A DNA stretch of 64,000 nt. Source: Hyphochytrium catenoides. Taxonomy: Eukaryota; Protista; Hyphochytriomycota. Below, piece by piece: positions 53,501 through 64,000 of this stretch. Location of the stretch: assembly GCA_900088475.1 (NCBI GenBank), contig FLMG01000350.1, positions 62,001-126,000 of the forward strand, written 5' to 3'. The notes below the pieces were generated by a model. It ran no database searches, was not told the DNA's origin, and saw only the letters and a program-made list of their open reading frames with translations. The stretch's first letter is position 1; each line of letters opens with the position of its first letter. Made by a program: the position numbers and the translations under genes.

Positions 53501-54589
53501 CTTATCGTTTGAGGTGGATCGGCTCTACCGGCCATTGGAGCAAACGCGTGAGTTAAAGCGAATGGAAGACATGAAGAACGTCTATAAGTTCAAGGTCCAT
53601 TTGAAGGATGTGGCTTTGTTTTTGTTTAAGTCGACAAAGTAAGTACAACGCCGTCGCTGCTCTTCCTCTACCACGCGTCTTTTGATTCTGTCGCTTCCTC
53701 TGACTTTCCCTTTTTCTTTTCAAAGTGTCTGTTCTGTTGCCACCTCCCCCAAGTGCTCTTGTTTATATTGTCAACCCGTTACTGCTCTCTTTTCACCAGC
53801 TAGCTTTATTGCATCTTCCCAGGTCTAACGTCGTTTCAATATTCAGGAATATTTATGCTCTGCGGGGCCCAAACGCTTCTATGAAGCTTGATAGACGCCG
53901 ATCATCTCTAGGGTCCGACGTGGACTCTATTCTGGTCAGAGAGAATGAGAGTACTACGGTCTCGTCGGCAGTGGAGGGGTCGCTCCAAGCAGATTCTGAA
54001 CTGGGGCTATCAGACGAGGCGGTATGTCTAGTTTGCTGCTTCTCTCGCCCTAATCGATCCTCTTACGAGCTTGGGGGCCTCTTGTTACTATTAGGCGTAC
54101 CACACTGAGCAGCTGGCTTCCAACCTTATGTCCAGTGTCCGATCCTTTTTGATAAATGGAGCTGCTACTGGACCCTTCCCAGAGGGCTACAGCATAGACC
54201 GGGTCGTCGCCTTCTTCCCCATTCCTTGTGAGGACATCTTCGCAGTTCACCGCAAGCTCTACGAGGTAGTTGGGGTCTTGGACAGAGGATGGACTGGTGG
54301 GACAGGAACAAAGGAGGTGACAAAGAAGACCTTCCGCTGGGAAGAGGTCATGCGCTCGGGCATTCATTGTGAGGCGCATAATACCAGTCAGCAGAAGGGG
54401 ATGCATATGCTCTTGCGCTTTGAGGACAGCTCAGGAAACGACTTGGGGCAGTGCGTTTTTGCCGTAGTATCTCCCTATGGGAATGCTAAGCTCTTTGGCA
54501 CTGACCATAGTACGGTGAAGGCAGATGTTTCCCTCTGTGGGCAGACAATAGGGACCGCCAGTTTTGGGATTACGGTGGAATGCACTTAG
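50546..54589 (+). CDS. cAMP-receptor-like 7TM receptor fused to a degenerate inositol polyphosphate 5-phosphatase and a C2-like domain (GPCR-INPP)
   Basis: 7TM: LCTVQGIFIQFFALASIFWN, GDATLWCWI, LWFPALVNR, PLNGFVDAVIY. Phosphatase: VTFNM, YDLYVVAIQQ, ILGDLNF, DQL, FPPTYRY, PYYADRILF, SDHKPV. The parts join in frame through short introns (e.g. about 51604-51665). Confidence 0.85.
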
Positions 54590-55542
54590 GAAAGATGAAA
54601 GATATATGAGCGCATCCACGCTTCCACAAGTGGATGCTACGGTACAGAGCCAACAGGTTGCTGGCGACAACAGTTTATTTATTGAACTTATTTACTGTGA
54701 CAAAGAATGCAGATTGTGGGCAGGTGCTATATCAAAAGCCCGTGTGCTCATTCTTAGAAGGAACCAAAGAGCCCTTCCCTCTTCTGCCTACCTCTAAAGA
54801 GACCTGAAGACTTACTCCTGTAGATTCACCTAACCTGGGCCTTAGTTAGAAGTTCCTATCTTTGACATCCTGCGACTCTTAGGAACACGCCCAACTGTTC
54901 CAGTACTACGTGACCGTCGCATCTGCTCTTGGCTCCATCTGATTGAAGTTACCATGTTTCAATATCCCAAGCGCTAGCTTCCTAGCGGTAGTCGATTTGT
55001 GGTCCAGCTCAGCCGGCGGTCGCAGAGCCCCACGCTCCTCCGACTCGAGCATCAATCAGATAATAGTGCTGCTGGGGAAAAGGAGGTTACCTCCTCTTCT
55101 TTGTCACTGTCCTGTCAAAGGTAAAGCTTCTGACATCTCTGGAAAGACTGACTGCAAGAAGGAGGCCTTCTACCACGGCACACGTACAAAGATCACCTAC
55201 CCGGTCTCCTTCATAACCGCGCTCACTGTCGTTAAATCCCAATACTTCAGATTCAAAAGTTTCTATCTCCATGGTAGGGACAAATCTGGGATGAGGCATG
55301 AGACTTTCCCGGTGGAAATGTTTCCATTGACTGGGCTTTGTTCTGATGGTTCCAAGATCAAGATCTGCTACAGAAAGATTCCACTCTTGCCTGCACTGAC
55401 CACCATCGTTCGAAAGGAAGGAGGAGGAGAATCCATTCACAGATTGACCAGACTCTGCTCAGTCTCAAGCTCCATATCGCTATATTCCTTTCTGCGCCTC
55501 CGTTACCTGCTTGTGGCTCGGATCCCTGCATACTAAGCAATC

Positions 55543-57013
55543 ATGCCAAAGCTCAGCATTAAGGACGTTGATCTTAAGGACAAACGGGTCTTGATCCGTG
55601 TTGACTTCAATGTCCCCCAGGATGACGAGGGCAAGATCACCAACACTAAGCGCATTGATGCTGCTCTTCCGACAATTCAGTACGCTCTAGACCACGGTGC
55701 CAAGAGCGTCGTCCTTATGTCCCATCTTGGTCGTCCTGATGGACAGCGCATCGAGAAGTACTCCTTGAAGCCATGCGTCGCCGTGCTAAAGGAGAAGCTG
55801 CATCGCGATGTGCAGTTCCTTGATGATTGTGTTGGAGCTGAGGTAATCTGCACATGTCCACAAGGCATTTATCGCACTTACATGTGTCTGAAATGCTCCC
55901 ATTCCCTTCGACGACCTAGGTTGAGGCCGCCTGTGCCAACCCAGCTGCCGGATCAGTTATTCTTCTTGAAAATCTTCGCTTTCACGTTGAAGAGGAAGGT
56001 CAGTTGATGGATGTTGAGAGACTTGTTTCATATGGCCAAACCACGAGATCTTAGTGACTTGGTTCTTTATTATCACATACAGGCAAAGGTGTTGATGCGA
56101 ACGGGAACAAACTGAAAGCCGACAAAACTAAGGTGGAAGAGTTTAGGAAGTCTTTGTCTAAGGTGGGCATTGAGACATTATGGGGTAGTTCATGCAAAGA
56201 GCAAACCCACCTAACCACTTCACACAGCTTGGAGATGTCTTCATCAATGATGCCTTTGGCACCGCCCACAGAGCACATAGCTCTATGGCAGGAGTAAACC
56301 TACCCGTGAAAGCCGCAGGACTTTTGATGAACACGGAACTGAGCTACTTCGCCAAGGCATTGGAAAATCCTGAACGACCATTCTTGGCGATCCTTGGTGG
56401 TGCGAAAATCCAAGATAAGATCCCACTGATCCTCAACCTTTTAGACAAGGTGGACGAGCTGCTTGTCGGCGGCGGTATGACCTTCACATTCAAGAAAGTG
56501 CTAGACAACATGGAGATTGGCAATTCTCTTTTTGACACTGAGGGCTCCAAGATTGTGCATGAGATCATGAAGAAGGCTGATGAGAAAAACGTCAAAATCA
56601 TCCTGCCGGTTGACTTCGTCACTGCGGACGCCTTCAGCGCAGAGGCAAATGTAGGGCATGCCACTCAGGAGGATGGCATTCCTGCAGGATGGATGGGCTT
56701 GGATATTGGCCCAAAGTCCATTGAGCTCTTCAAAGAGTCAATTCTCAGATCCAAGACTATTCTTTGGAATGGGCCACCAGGGGTTTTTGAGTTTGATAAA
56801 TTTGCCAGCGGCTCTAAAGCCGTCTTGGATGCTGTTGCAGAGGCCACTGCAAATGGAGCCACAAGTATTGTGGGCGGAGGTGATACCGCTACGGTGTGCA
56901 AGAAGTTTAAGGCGGAGAAGAAGATCAGTCACGTGAGCACCGGTGGAGGAGCGAGCCTGGAGCTCCTTGAGGGCAAACAGCTACCTGGCGTGGTTTATCT
57001 ATCTGATGCTTGA
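55543..57013 (+). CDS. PGK: Phosphoglycerate kinase, cytosolic, 3 introns
   Basis: [11 protein letters not shown]; SHLGRP; [13 protein letters not shown]; [11 protein letters not shown]; LGGAK; WNGPPGVFE; GGGDT; [13 protein letters not shown]. Confidence 0.98.
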
Positions 57014-57485
57014 AAAGGTTCCACTGGAGGTTAACTTTCTATAGTAATAACAGCATCGTCAAGTAGCATCCTGTAGATGGTGGCCCATTTGAACCTCAAA
57101 GTGGTAGTAGATAAATCTGTGGGCTCATCTGATTGATGCTATAGGAGACGGCCGGTTCTACTACTGAAGCTTCAGCTATGAGGCATGAAGGAAAATTACA
57201 TGGCTACTAATTGGAACTTTATTAGTTAGGACTGTGGCGGGCTCTTGCACCCAAGTGTCCCATAATAGGGCTGGGCAGGACACTATAAATAGCTTGACAA
57301 ATAGCCACCTGTCGAAATAGGTGGTCTGCTCTCTATATTGAAAAGGCCTAGGATGTGATCTCTCGAACAAGCTCCTCCAACTTCACCCACAATGCTTAGG
57401 ATGGACTTTAATGACTCCTGACAAGCGCTCTGAACCCCCTGTTGGGGGTGTGGTCTTGTTTGCTTACTGGTGGGAACAGCTGGAC

Positions 57486-58067
57486 TTAGCCGCTCTTGAA
57501 GATTGAGTACATAGAGATGGAGATGCAGGCCACTGTATATCCTAGGAAGCCAAAGAGTAGAGGCTGAGAGATAACACCATCACTGGTCTTTGGTAGAGTA
57601 GGTGTGGCTACATTGCGATTCCCAGTCGTGGATGTGGTGGAGCCTGTCCTGGTGGTGCTTGAACCTGTCGTAGAACCCGCCCTCGTGGCACTTGTGCTTG
57701 AAGAAGCTGCTTGAGGAGGTGGCAACGTCTTGACCTTGGCCCCAGTGGTAGTTGTGGCCTGAAGGTTGCGAGTACTATCTGCTTGTAGGGTCGTACTAAG
57801 CTCTTCATCGTCATTCTCAGCAGTCAGATCCCTCACGGCTAGCAGATCCTCATCCTTCAATGTGTGATCCATCTCGCCAGTGCTGCTCTCCCCTTTCTGA
57901 ACTACAGAGATGAGCTCTCTGACTTCAGTACTGCTTCCTAAGCGCCGCTCTGCAGTGCTAACCTCCCTCCGCAGATGTGTGGAACTCTCTGCATTGACAA
58001 GATGTAGGACCGTGAGACAAAGTAGCCCCACAAAGAGAAGCGCGGTCGATAGTGAAAAGCGTGCCAT
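57486..58067 (-). CDS. Secreted or membrane-anchored Ser/Thr-rich protein with repeated RxL motifs (193 aa)
   Basis: Signal peptide MARFSLSTALLFVGLLCLTVLHLVNA; RRL, REL, RDL, RNL motifs; Thr/Ser-rich tract; C-terminal hydrophobic segment. TATA-like ctataaa at about 58466-58472 on the minus strand. Confidence 0.75.
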   Translation of the reverse strand: MARFSLSTALLFVGLLCLTVLHLVNAESSTHLRREVSTAERRLGSSTEVRELISVVQKGESSTGEMDHTLKDEDLLAVRDLTAENDDEELSTTLQADSTRNLQATTTTGAKVKTLPPPQAASSSTSATRAGSTTGSSTTRTGSTTSTTGNRNVATPTLPKTSDGVISQPLLFGFLGYTVACISISMYSIFKSG

Positions 58068-60507
58068 GGCACTACTCGGCCGACCGGCAGCTGTGTGTTC
58101 AACGTTCGCCAAGTCGGCAAAAACGATTGTGCTGCTTTATTTGGAAAGCTCCGCTCCGTAATCATGCCCCGAGAAGGTTCAGGTGCTGCCCTTGAGGTTG
58201 GAAAGAGAAGAGCCATCACTTCTTTCATATGTCCCTCGCTTTACTGTCTCTCCTGCTTCCCGCTGCTCTTGACCAAACCACTCTCGGCTCTCATCTCTCT
58301 CTCTCTCTCTCTTACTTCTGCTACCCATCCGCTCTGCTCTTCTGCTTTCTCTCAAGTCTTCTCTGTCTCTCATCTGTGTCTCTCTCTGTCTCTCTCTGCA
58401 CAGCATTAGGAACGGGCTTGACAAAGAATTTGCTCTCATTTTTCACGCAGTCGTGTCAGCCCTGCGTTTATAGTGCATCTCTCGTGTGAGCGCTGTGCGG
58501 CATATCTAAGGGAAGTCTAACTGAGAACTGGCAAGAAGGGAAATGAGAAAAGCTGATTACCGGCGAATGTCAGGACAGCCAATCAGAGGGTTCTCTTGAC
58601 CCCAAACATCCGTTTCATTCCCACTGATAGGAATTTTACTGGACTTTATCAATGAATAATTCAATCGTTCGATTGTAAGTTTGGTGGCGATATTCTACTT
58701 TAGACCTTCCTTTAGGTGCGCCACGAAAGGTTTCCGTTGTAAGTTTCAGGAAGGCAGAGCTGTCTTCGCCTACCCACGCTCCCGCCATGGAAAATTATTT
58801 AGCATGGCCTTCCAAGACCCAAACGCACCTCACATTTGCAGGAAAGCGGGGTTTAGGACCAGTTCTAAATTAGTTAGTGTTTGTCCTGTTTATGTTTAGC
58901 ACCAGACCAGCGCAGCCACTACAGTAGCAGCACATCAGACAGCCTTGACCCAGTCTAGGAATAAGGATGGCTGGGAGTCTCTGTGTATTTGTTAGGCAAG
59001 TGGTCAGGAGTGCAGCGTTCTACGTTGTTCTTGATACACTGCTGATGTACATACTTCCTTGCTTTCAAACACTGCGATATCTCTATCTCTCCACTCTTGG
59101 TGGCCGCCTTTCTCTCAGCTTCTATGGCTGCCTGAGAATAGCTCTTGATTTCTCTCTGTCTCTCATCCTTCCCCTGATCTGTCTCGTCCATACGAAACAG
59201 CAACGGCATCTCTCACAGTGCTGCTACAGTACATCTGCGGCCTCCTACCTCTCCGCTGTGGTTTGGCCCGGTTCGCCCGACAGTGAGCACGATCAGGCTC
59301 CAACCGGCCACCTCCGTCGGTGAGACTCGAACCCTTAAGCCCTGTAAAGCCCGTCCTCGGCAGCTTGAGCTTGCTCTTGTTTCCCACTTCCTGCGCCACT
59401 GAAGGGGAGTAGTTCGTTAGTAGCAGGCGATACTGTCCCTGTCCTTGTACGATGCTGTCTTCCCCTAGTTGCTCGCTTATTTGCCCCCAACCGAAAGGAA
59501 ACTATAAGCAGGAAGCTGAAGTGACACTGGCGTGCAGCAGAATCGTTAGTCCACCCGCTGTAAATCTTACAAAACCAGTGCACCGTTCCATCTCTGTTTA
59601 CCTCCTCCACACCCCCGCGCCTCCTGCGTTTCCAATGCTGCCCTTTCTTTTTGTCAATGAGCAGGCCGTTCGGCCATTCTGTAGAGCTGGAGAGGAAGGA
59701 AGGTTTGGCATCAGAAGAGCTATCACTTTACAGCAAATTCAGCCTCAAACATGTTCCTCTGGCATGACGACACCTAATCCAGCTCCCTTTGAGGCGTGAG
59801 AGCTGATGCATCTGTGGCATCAGCCTGCCACATATACTAGTTGCTGGGACAGTCGACAGACGAGCCAGTGGTAGGTCTGTTAACAAAAGCAAATGGAAGG
59901 GAGGTGCGCAACCCTAAGATGGTCTAGAACACCACTCGTAGTGAGAAGATACTCATTCGTCATCATCTCATGGCAACTTGCAATAAAATGCCTGATGATT
60001 GAGCCGGCGCCGATAAGAAGAGCGTGAAGACGCTGAATAGCACTTGAGTGGCATCCCAGCCACAACTGCTGACTACTTAGGATTTGCATAGAGTCTCTTC
60101 AAGCTAATAACCTGGGACCGAGATAGGAATGTAGCACCAGCAGCCTTGCTCATAACGTATGCTATACCTAGAGTGTACCCATTTATCAATCTTTATCCGC
60201 ACAATACGAAGCAGCATGAGCCTCATTAGACGGCTCATTTAATGTAACTAAAAACGATCATGCGGGTCGCTAGTGTGTCATTGGTAAAATTATAGCTGAG
60301 CACTAGGTGTGCTAAGAGCCCTTATACGGCCCGATGGCCATCTCTCCATAGTCATTAGCGATTGAGAGCAGCCATACATTCATCCAAAACAGAGGAATGC
60401 AAGCCTCATGAAGAAGAAATCCTCAGGTCCAAACAGGTCCACATGAATCATCATTGATTGAGTCCGAACATCTGATCCCCGAGAGTCAGCTTCTGCCTAG
60501 GTCCATC

Positions 60508-63500
60508 TTAGAGCCCCTTTGCATACAGTTGCCACACCTCGTGAGTGAGGAGCGGGCAATGAATATCGTCGGCTTCTCCAATAGCCTTCATGAACCCTTC
60601 GTTTCTTAAAACTCCTGGTTCAATCAAATACTTCTCAAAGCTTTCCAAGCCCACCTTCATACGAATTGCGTGAGTACATTACTCAGCGACCGACATAGGA
60701 ACATTCAACAGCTACCATAAGTTCATTGAGCTTGCCAGCACCACCATCCTCATCCTCAGCTTTCTTCCGCAGGAGAGCCTTCCAATCAACGTAAGGAACT
60801 TGCTGTGGGAGAGCCAGCAGTGTCAGAAGTGAAGAGGGTCTAAGGACTTTAGAAAGAGTTAGCTTGCCTTCAGAGCATGCTGGGAGTCTTTTAGGTATTG
60901 GAAGACTTCTGCTGCGTCTTGATGAGGGTGAGGGCTCTGCACGTGTAAGACCTACCGGAGATGAGGCAGTTAAATACTTAAGCTAAGCTTGCCCAACCGT
61001 CCGTTATTTCGGCTACGTGATGGTATTAGCATCAGGTAGAGAGAAGCTGTCACACGCAAAACTTTTCCGAGGACCACCGCACATTGTACTCACCCGTCCT
61101 AAGCTTCTCTTTGGTTTGACGGCTGCCAGGTAGGCGATTGCGTCTGCAGCAAAGTTGACAGGAGTAATATCCAGCCGCCATCTGACCCCAAGCGGCACTG
61201 CCCCTAGCTGCTTGCAACCTTGGAGCAGCAGGAAGATAAAATCTGAGGGGTTCCACACTCCAGTGAGAGTGGACGGCCCCATGTTGCCTGGTCGAAGAAT
61301 AGAGACTGGCAGACCCCTTGAACGGGCTTTTAGGCAGAGCTGCTCTGCCACCCATTTAGACTGAAATAGTCACAGACACCGTCAGACATAGGAGCCCGCT
61401 TACTGTTCGTCCCATGCTACCAGCTCTTCCTGAGATGTTCTTTCTTTCTAACACCCCACCAGACCTATAATTCTCTTGAGGGATTGCCCTTAAGCTACAC
61501 TCGGTACCTTCTACTCATACCTGAGAATACCCATCTTGCAGTAAGTTCCAGTGCTCCATACTACTGTCCTCTGTCCATTCTTTCACCTCCTCTGGAAAGA
61601 CGCCGTTGGTTGATACGAAGTGTACCGGCTTCACCATTGTCTTTGCAAAACCGTTGGTGACCGCTAATCGAAGAACCTCTTGTGTCCCAAGGACGTTAAC
61701 AGCCTTCAAGGCTTCGAAGGGACGGACCAGATTGACCTGTGCACCGTTGTGGATGATGGCATCTATCTCCACCGCAAGCCGCTTGAAATGCTTGTTCTCT
61801 AGGCCGAGAAGTGGCTTAGAAAGGTCGCCAAGAATAGGGACGATCCGATCAATCAATGCTTCTTGTTCCTCTCTTCTCATCTGCACTCCGCTATCACATA
61901 CTCCTTCCAATAGTTGATACTGTGACAGAGCGCCAAGAATGCGCTCAAGGCCATGCTCAAGAGTTTTCCCTCGTACCTATCAATTTGCGTGACAGGAGAG
62001 GCTTATAACTATTAGTGGTTCATTTTCCCCAGCCATTCAGCTTGGCTTCCGTCTGTTGATCCTTAAAGTGTATCAACTTACCAGGCAGTACACTTGACAG
62101 TCCGTTCTGTGCAATAGGGAATGTAGAATGTGAGCACCTAGAAAGCCTGTGACCCCTGTTAAAAAGACTGAGCGAGGCGGCTTGCTGACAAATTCGACTC
62201 GAAATCGACTGAGACCAATCTTTCGGGTTGGTGCTGGATAAATGCTCTCATCCAGCTCCGTCTCCAGCTGGAGGTCAATTCCCTGCACATTTTCTCTACC
62301 GACTTCCTCTCCACGCTTGCCTTTTTCAACCAGCTCGGCAGTGACCCTTAGCCGTGCATCTGTCAAAAGAAGCGAGAGTGGGATGTCGACTGCGAACTTT
62401 TCCTTCACACTCTGAAGAAGTCGAGTAGCTAACAGAGAGTGGCCACCCACGTCAAAGAAATTGTCGTCAAGAGATATAGACGACTCCTCCAGTTTAAGAA
62501 GCTCAGCCCACAAGGAGCGCACTTGCGCCTCTGTAGAGGTCTGCAACAATACCAGCAGAGACATTCCACAGAAATGAGTAGACTTCAAAGACCGAAATGA
62601 ACATGGANNNNNNNNNNNNNNNNNNNNNNNNCATGCGGTGCTGACTCTATGGATGACGCTCGAAGCTTTTTTCCCTCAGCAGAAGACGGCAGTTTCTTGC
62701 GGTCAAGCTTCCCACTAGCTCCATGAATAGGCAGAGCATCCAGCAATATAAATGCAGAGGGAATTGCGTAGTGCGGGAGCTTGTTCTAACGGCGTTGAGG
62801 TAAGGTACAGGTAGAGGGGAGAAAAGAGGGGCCAGGTAAGGCGATGGGATCATCAAGCAGCATGCCTTTGAATGGGGGGTATGCAGCAGAGCAGGGTGTC
62901 GTCGCATATGAGAGTGCCCTTGGTAAGAAACATTCACTTCGAAATATTTGATACCTTGAGATACGATCTGATGTTAGAGACGCTTGGAATCATTTTCCAG
63001 TTCTCTGGCACTACGTACGCCACCAACTTTTTATCCTCTCCTTCAGCGCCTGCGGCGACAAAATCATTCTATTGTACCGACTCAATAGTATCGCTTTGTC
63101 CTACCTTCGGTCACGACTACCGCAGTAGAGACCTGTGGGTGCTCAGCTAAAGCTGCTTCTACAGCGCCCAAAACCACACTATAGCGAAACAATGCAAACA
63201 GTAGGTGGTGGGGGAGACATTAGCAGCAATGCAGCTCATGTTCTCGGCCCATAATGGAACTCACCTGTATCCTCTTATCTTGACCATAAAGTCACATCGA
63301 CCTAGGAAAATCTGTTAGGTCTCGGTATAGACTCTCTAGGTATTGGCTCTATAGTAACCGCACCACCCCAATAATGAAGGCTGGCGGTCCTTTCAGCACA
63401 GTGACATAAATGCCCATGTCTCCTCTTCAATACCATTTCTGTCAATGTTACCTCGTTCCGCGGGATTCACTCACCGATGACCTCTAGCGACCCACTAGGT

Positions 63501-64000
63501 AAGAATCTTCCTCTGTCACCGGTGCGATAAAGCTTCGAACCATCGTTGGCCAAAGGATCCGATACAAATCTTTCTCTTGTCTTCTCAGGCATATTTAGGT
63601 AGCCGCGAGCGAGGCACGGGCCGCCAACATAGACCTCACCTGTGATGAAACATTATATCCCACAGATTGGGATGGTCAAAATGTGCGAAGGGGTAATGAA
63701 GAGGAGGTAGTGCTGAGAGAATAGAGGTCCTCAATGGAAACGATAATGTTGCGATACGAAAAGGGTATAACCTGGAACACCAACAGGTACCGGTCGCATC
63801 TCGTCGCTAAGTACGTAGCACTTCACATTCTCCATGACCCTGCCACACGGGGCGTATTTGGGGGACTCTCTGGCATCCGGACAATGTTTGTGAATTCGGA
63901 ACATAAACTATGAAGCCAAACTTCTACATACTGTGGATCTACAGCGCTCAAATCGCTGACTGAAATATCGTGGCACTCAGATATGCTGTAGAGGTTCAAG
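60508..64000 (-). CDS. NRPS-like adenylation-thiolation-reductase (A-T-R) enzyme, 5'-truncated by the window edge, multi-exon
   Basis: A domain: NLYSISECHD, GEVYVGGPCLARGYL, LYRTGD, GRCDFMVKIRGYS, SGKLDRKKLP. T domain: NFFDVGGHSL. R domain: LTGVTGFLG, IIHNGAQVN, NVLGT, GYSQSKWVAE, LRPG. Ends LYAKGL* at 60508. Confidence 0.92.
62608..62631. other. Assembly gap (24 N) between the A and T domain exons of the NRPS-like gene
   Basis: Run of n in the sequence. Confidence 0.99.

Noticed and set aside
54943-55536. 197-aa ORF immediately upstream of PGK
   Set aside because: TTG start, out of context with PGK, no recognisable domain; probably promoter or 5' UTR.
58955-59799. Short ORFs on both strands between the RxL gene and the NRPS-like gene
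   Set aside because: Could not be spliced into a coherent protein and show no homology cues.
44202-64000. Biosynthetic gene cluster around the NRPS-like gene (deacetylase, dioxygenase, hydrolase)
   Set aside because: The neighbours look like housekeeping orthologues (PHYH, PGK, HDAC) with different predicted compartments; no sign of pathway linkage.
1-64000. tRNA, rRNA or intact transposase/reverse transcriptase genes
   Set aside because: None recognised by eye; tRNAscan-SE and Infernal would be needed to exclude small RNAs.

Overview
Gene-dense eukaryotic (protist, probably stramenopile-like) DNA with many short spliceosomal introns, mostly about 40-80 nt, so the ORF track breaks most genes into pieces. 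Manual splicing gives 14 genes. In order: a 5'-truncated giant gene (about 18 kb, over 5,000 aa) with a helical-solenoid-like body, a cNMP-binding-like domain and a C-terminal multi-pass membrane module; an LRR/EF-hand protein; a mitochondrial carrier; a myristoylated alpha/beta-hydrolase lacking its nucleophile; NOL9/Grc3; a dienelactone hydrolase; an ankyrin/coiled-coil protein; a Cys-rich orphan; a class II-type deacetylase with a transit-peptide-like leader; PHYH with a PTS2 signal; a 7TM receptor fused to a degenerate inositol 5-phosphatase and a C2-like domain; PGK; a secreted RxL-repeat Ser/Thr-rich protein; and a 5'-truncated NRPS-like A-T-R reductase. The most notable items are the GPCR-pseudo-5-phosphatase-C2 fusion, the giant cNMP/solenoid/membrane protein, two convergent genes whose stop codons may overlap in one CTAG, and unusual splicing (AAG acceptors, GC donors, a 13-nt catalytic micro-exon, a duplicated donor). 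No rRNA, tRNA, CRISPR or intact transposon was recognised. All gene models were spliced by eye and need RNA-seq confirmation.
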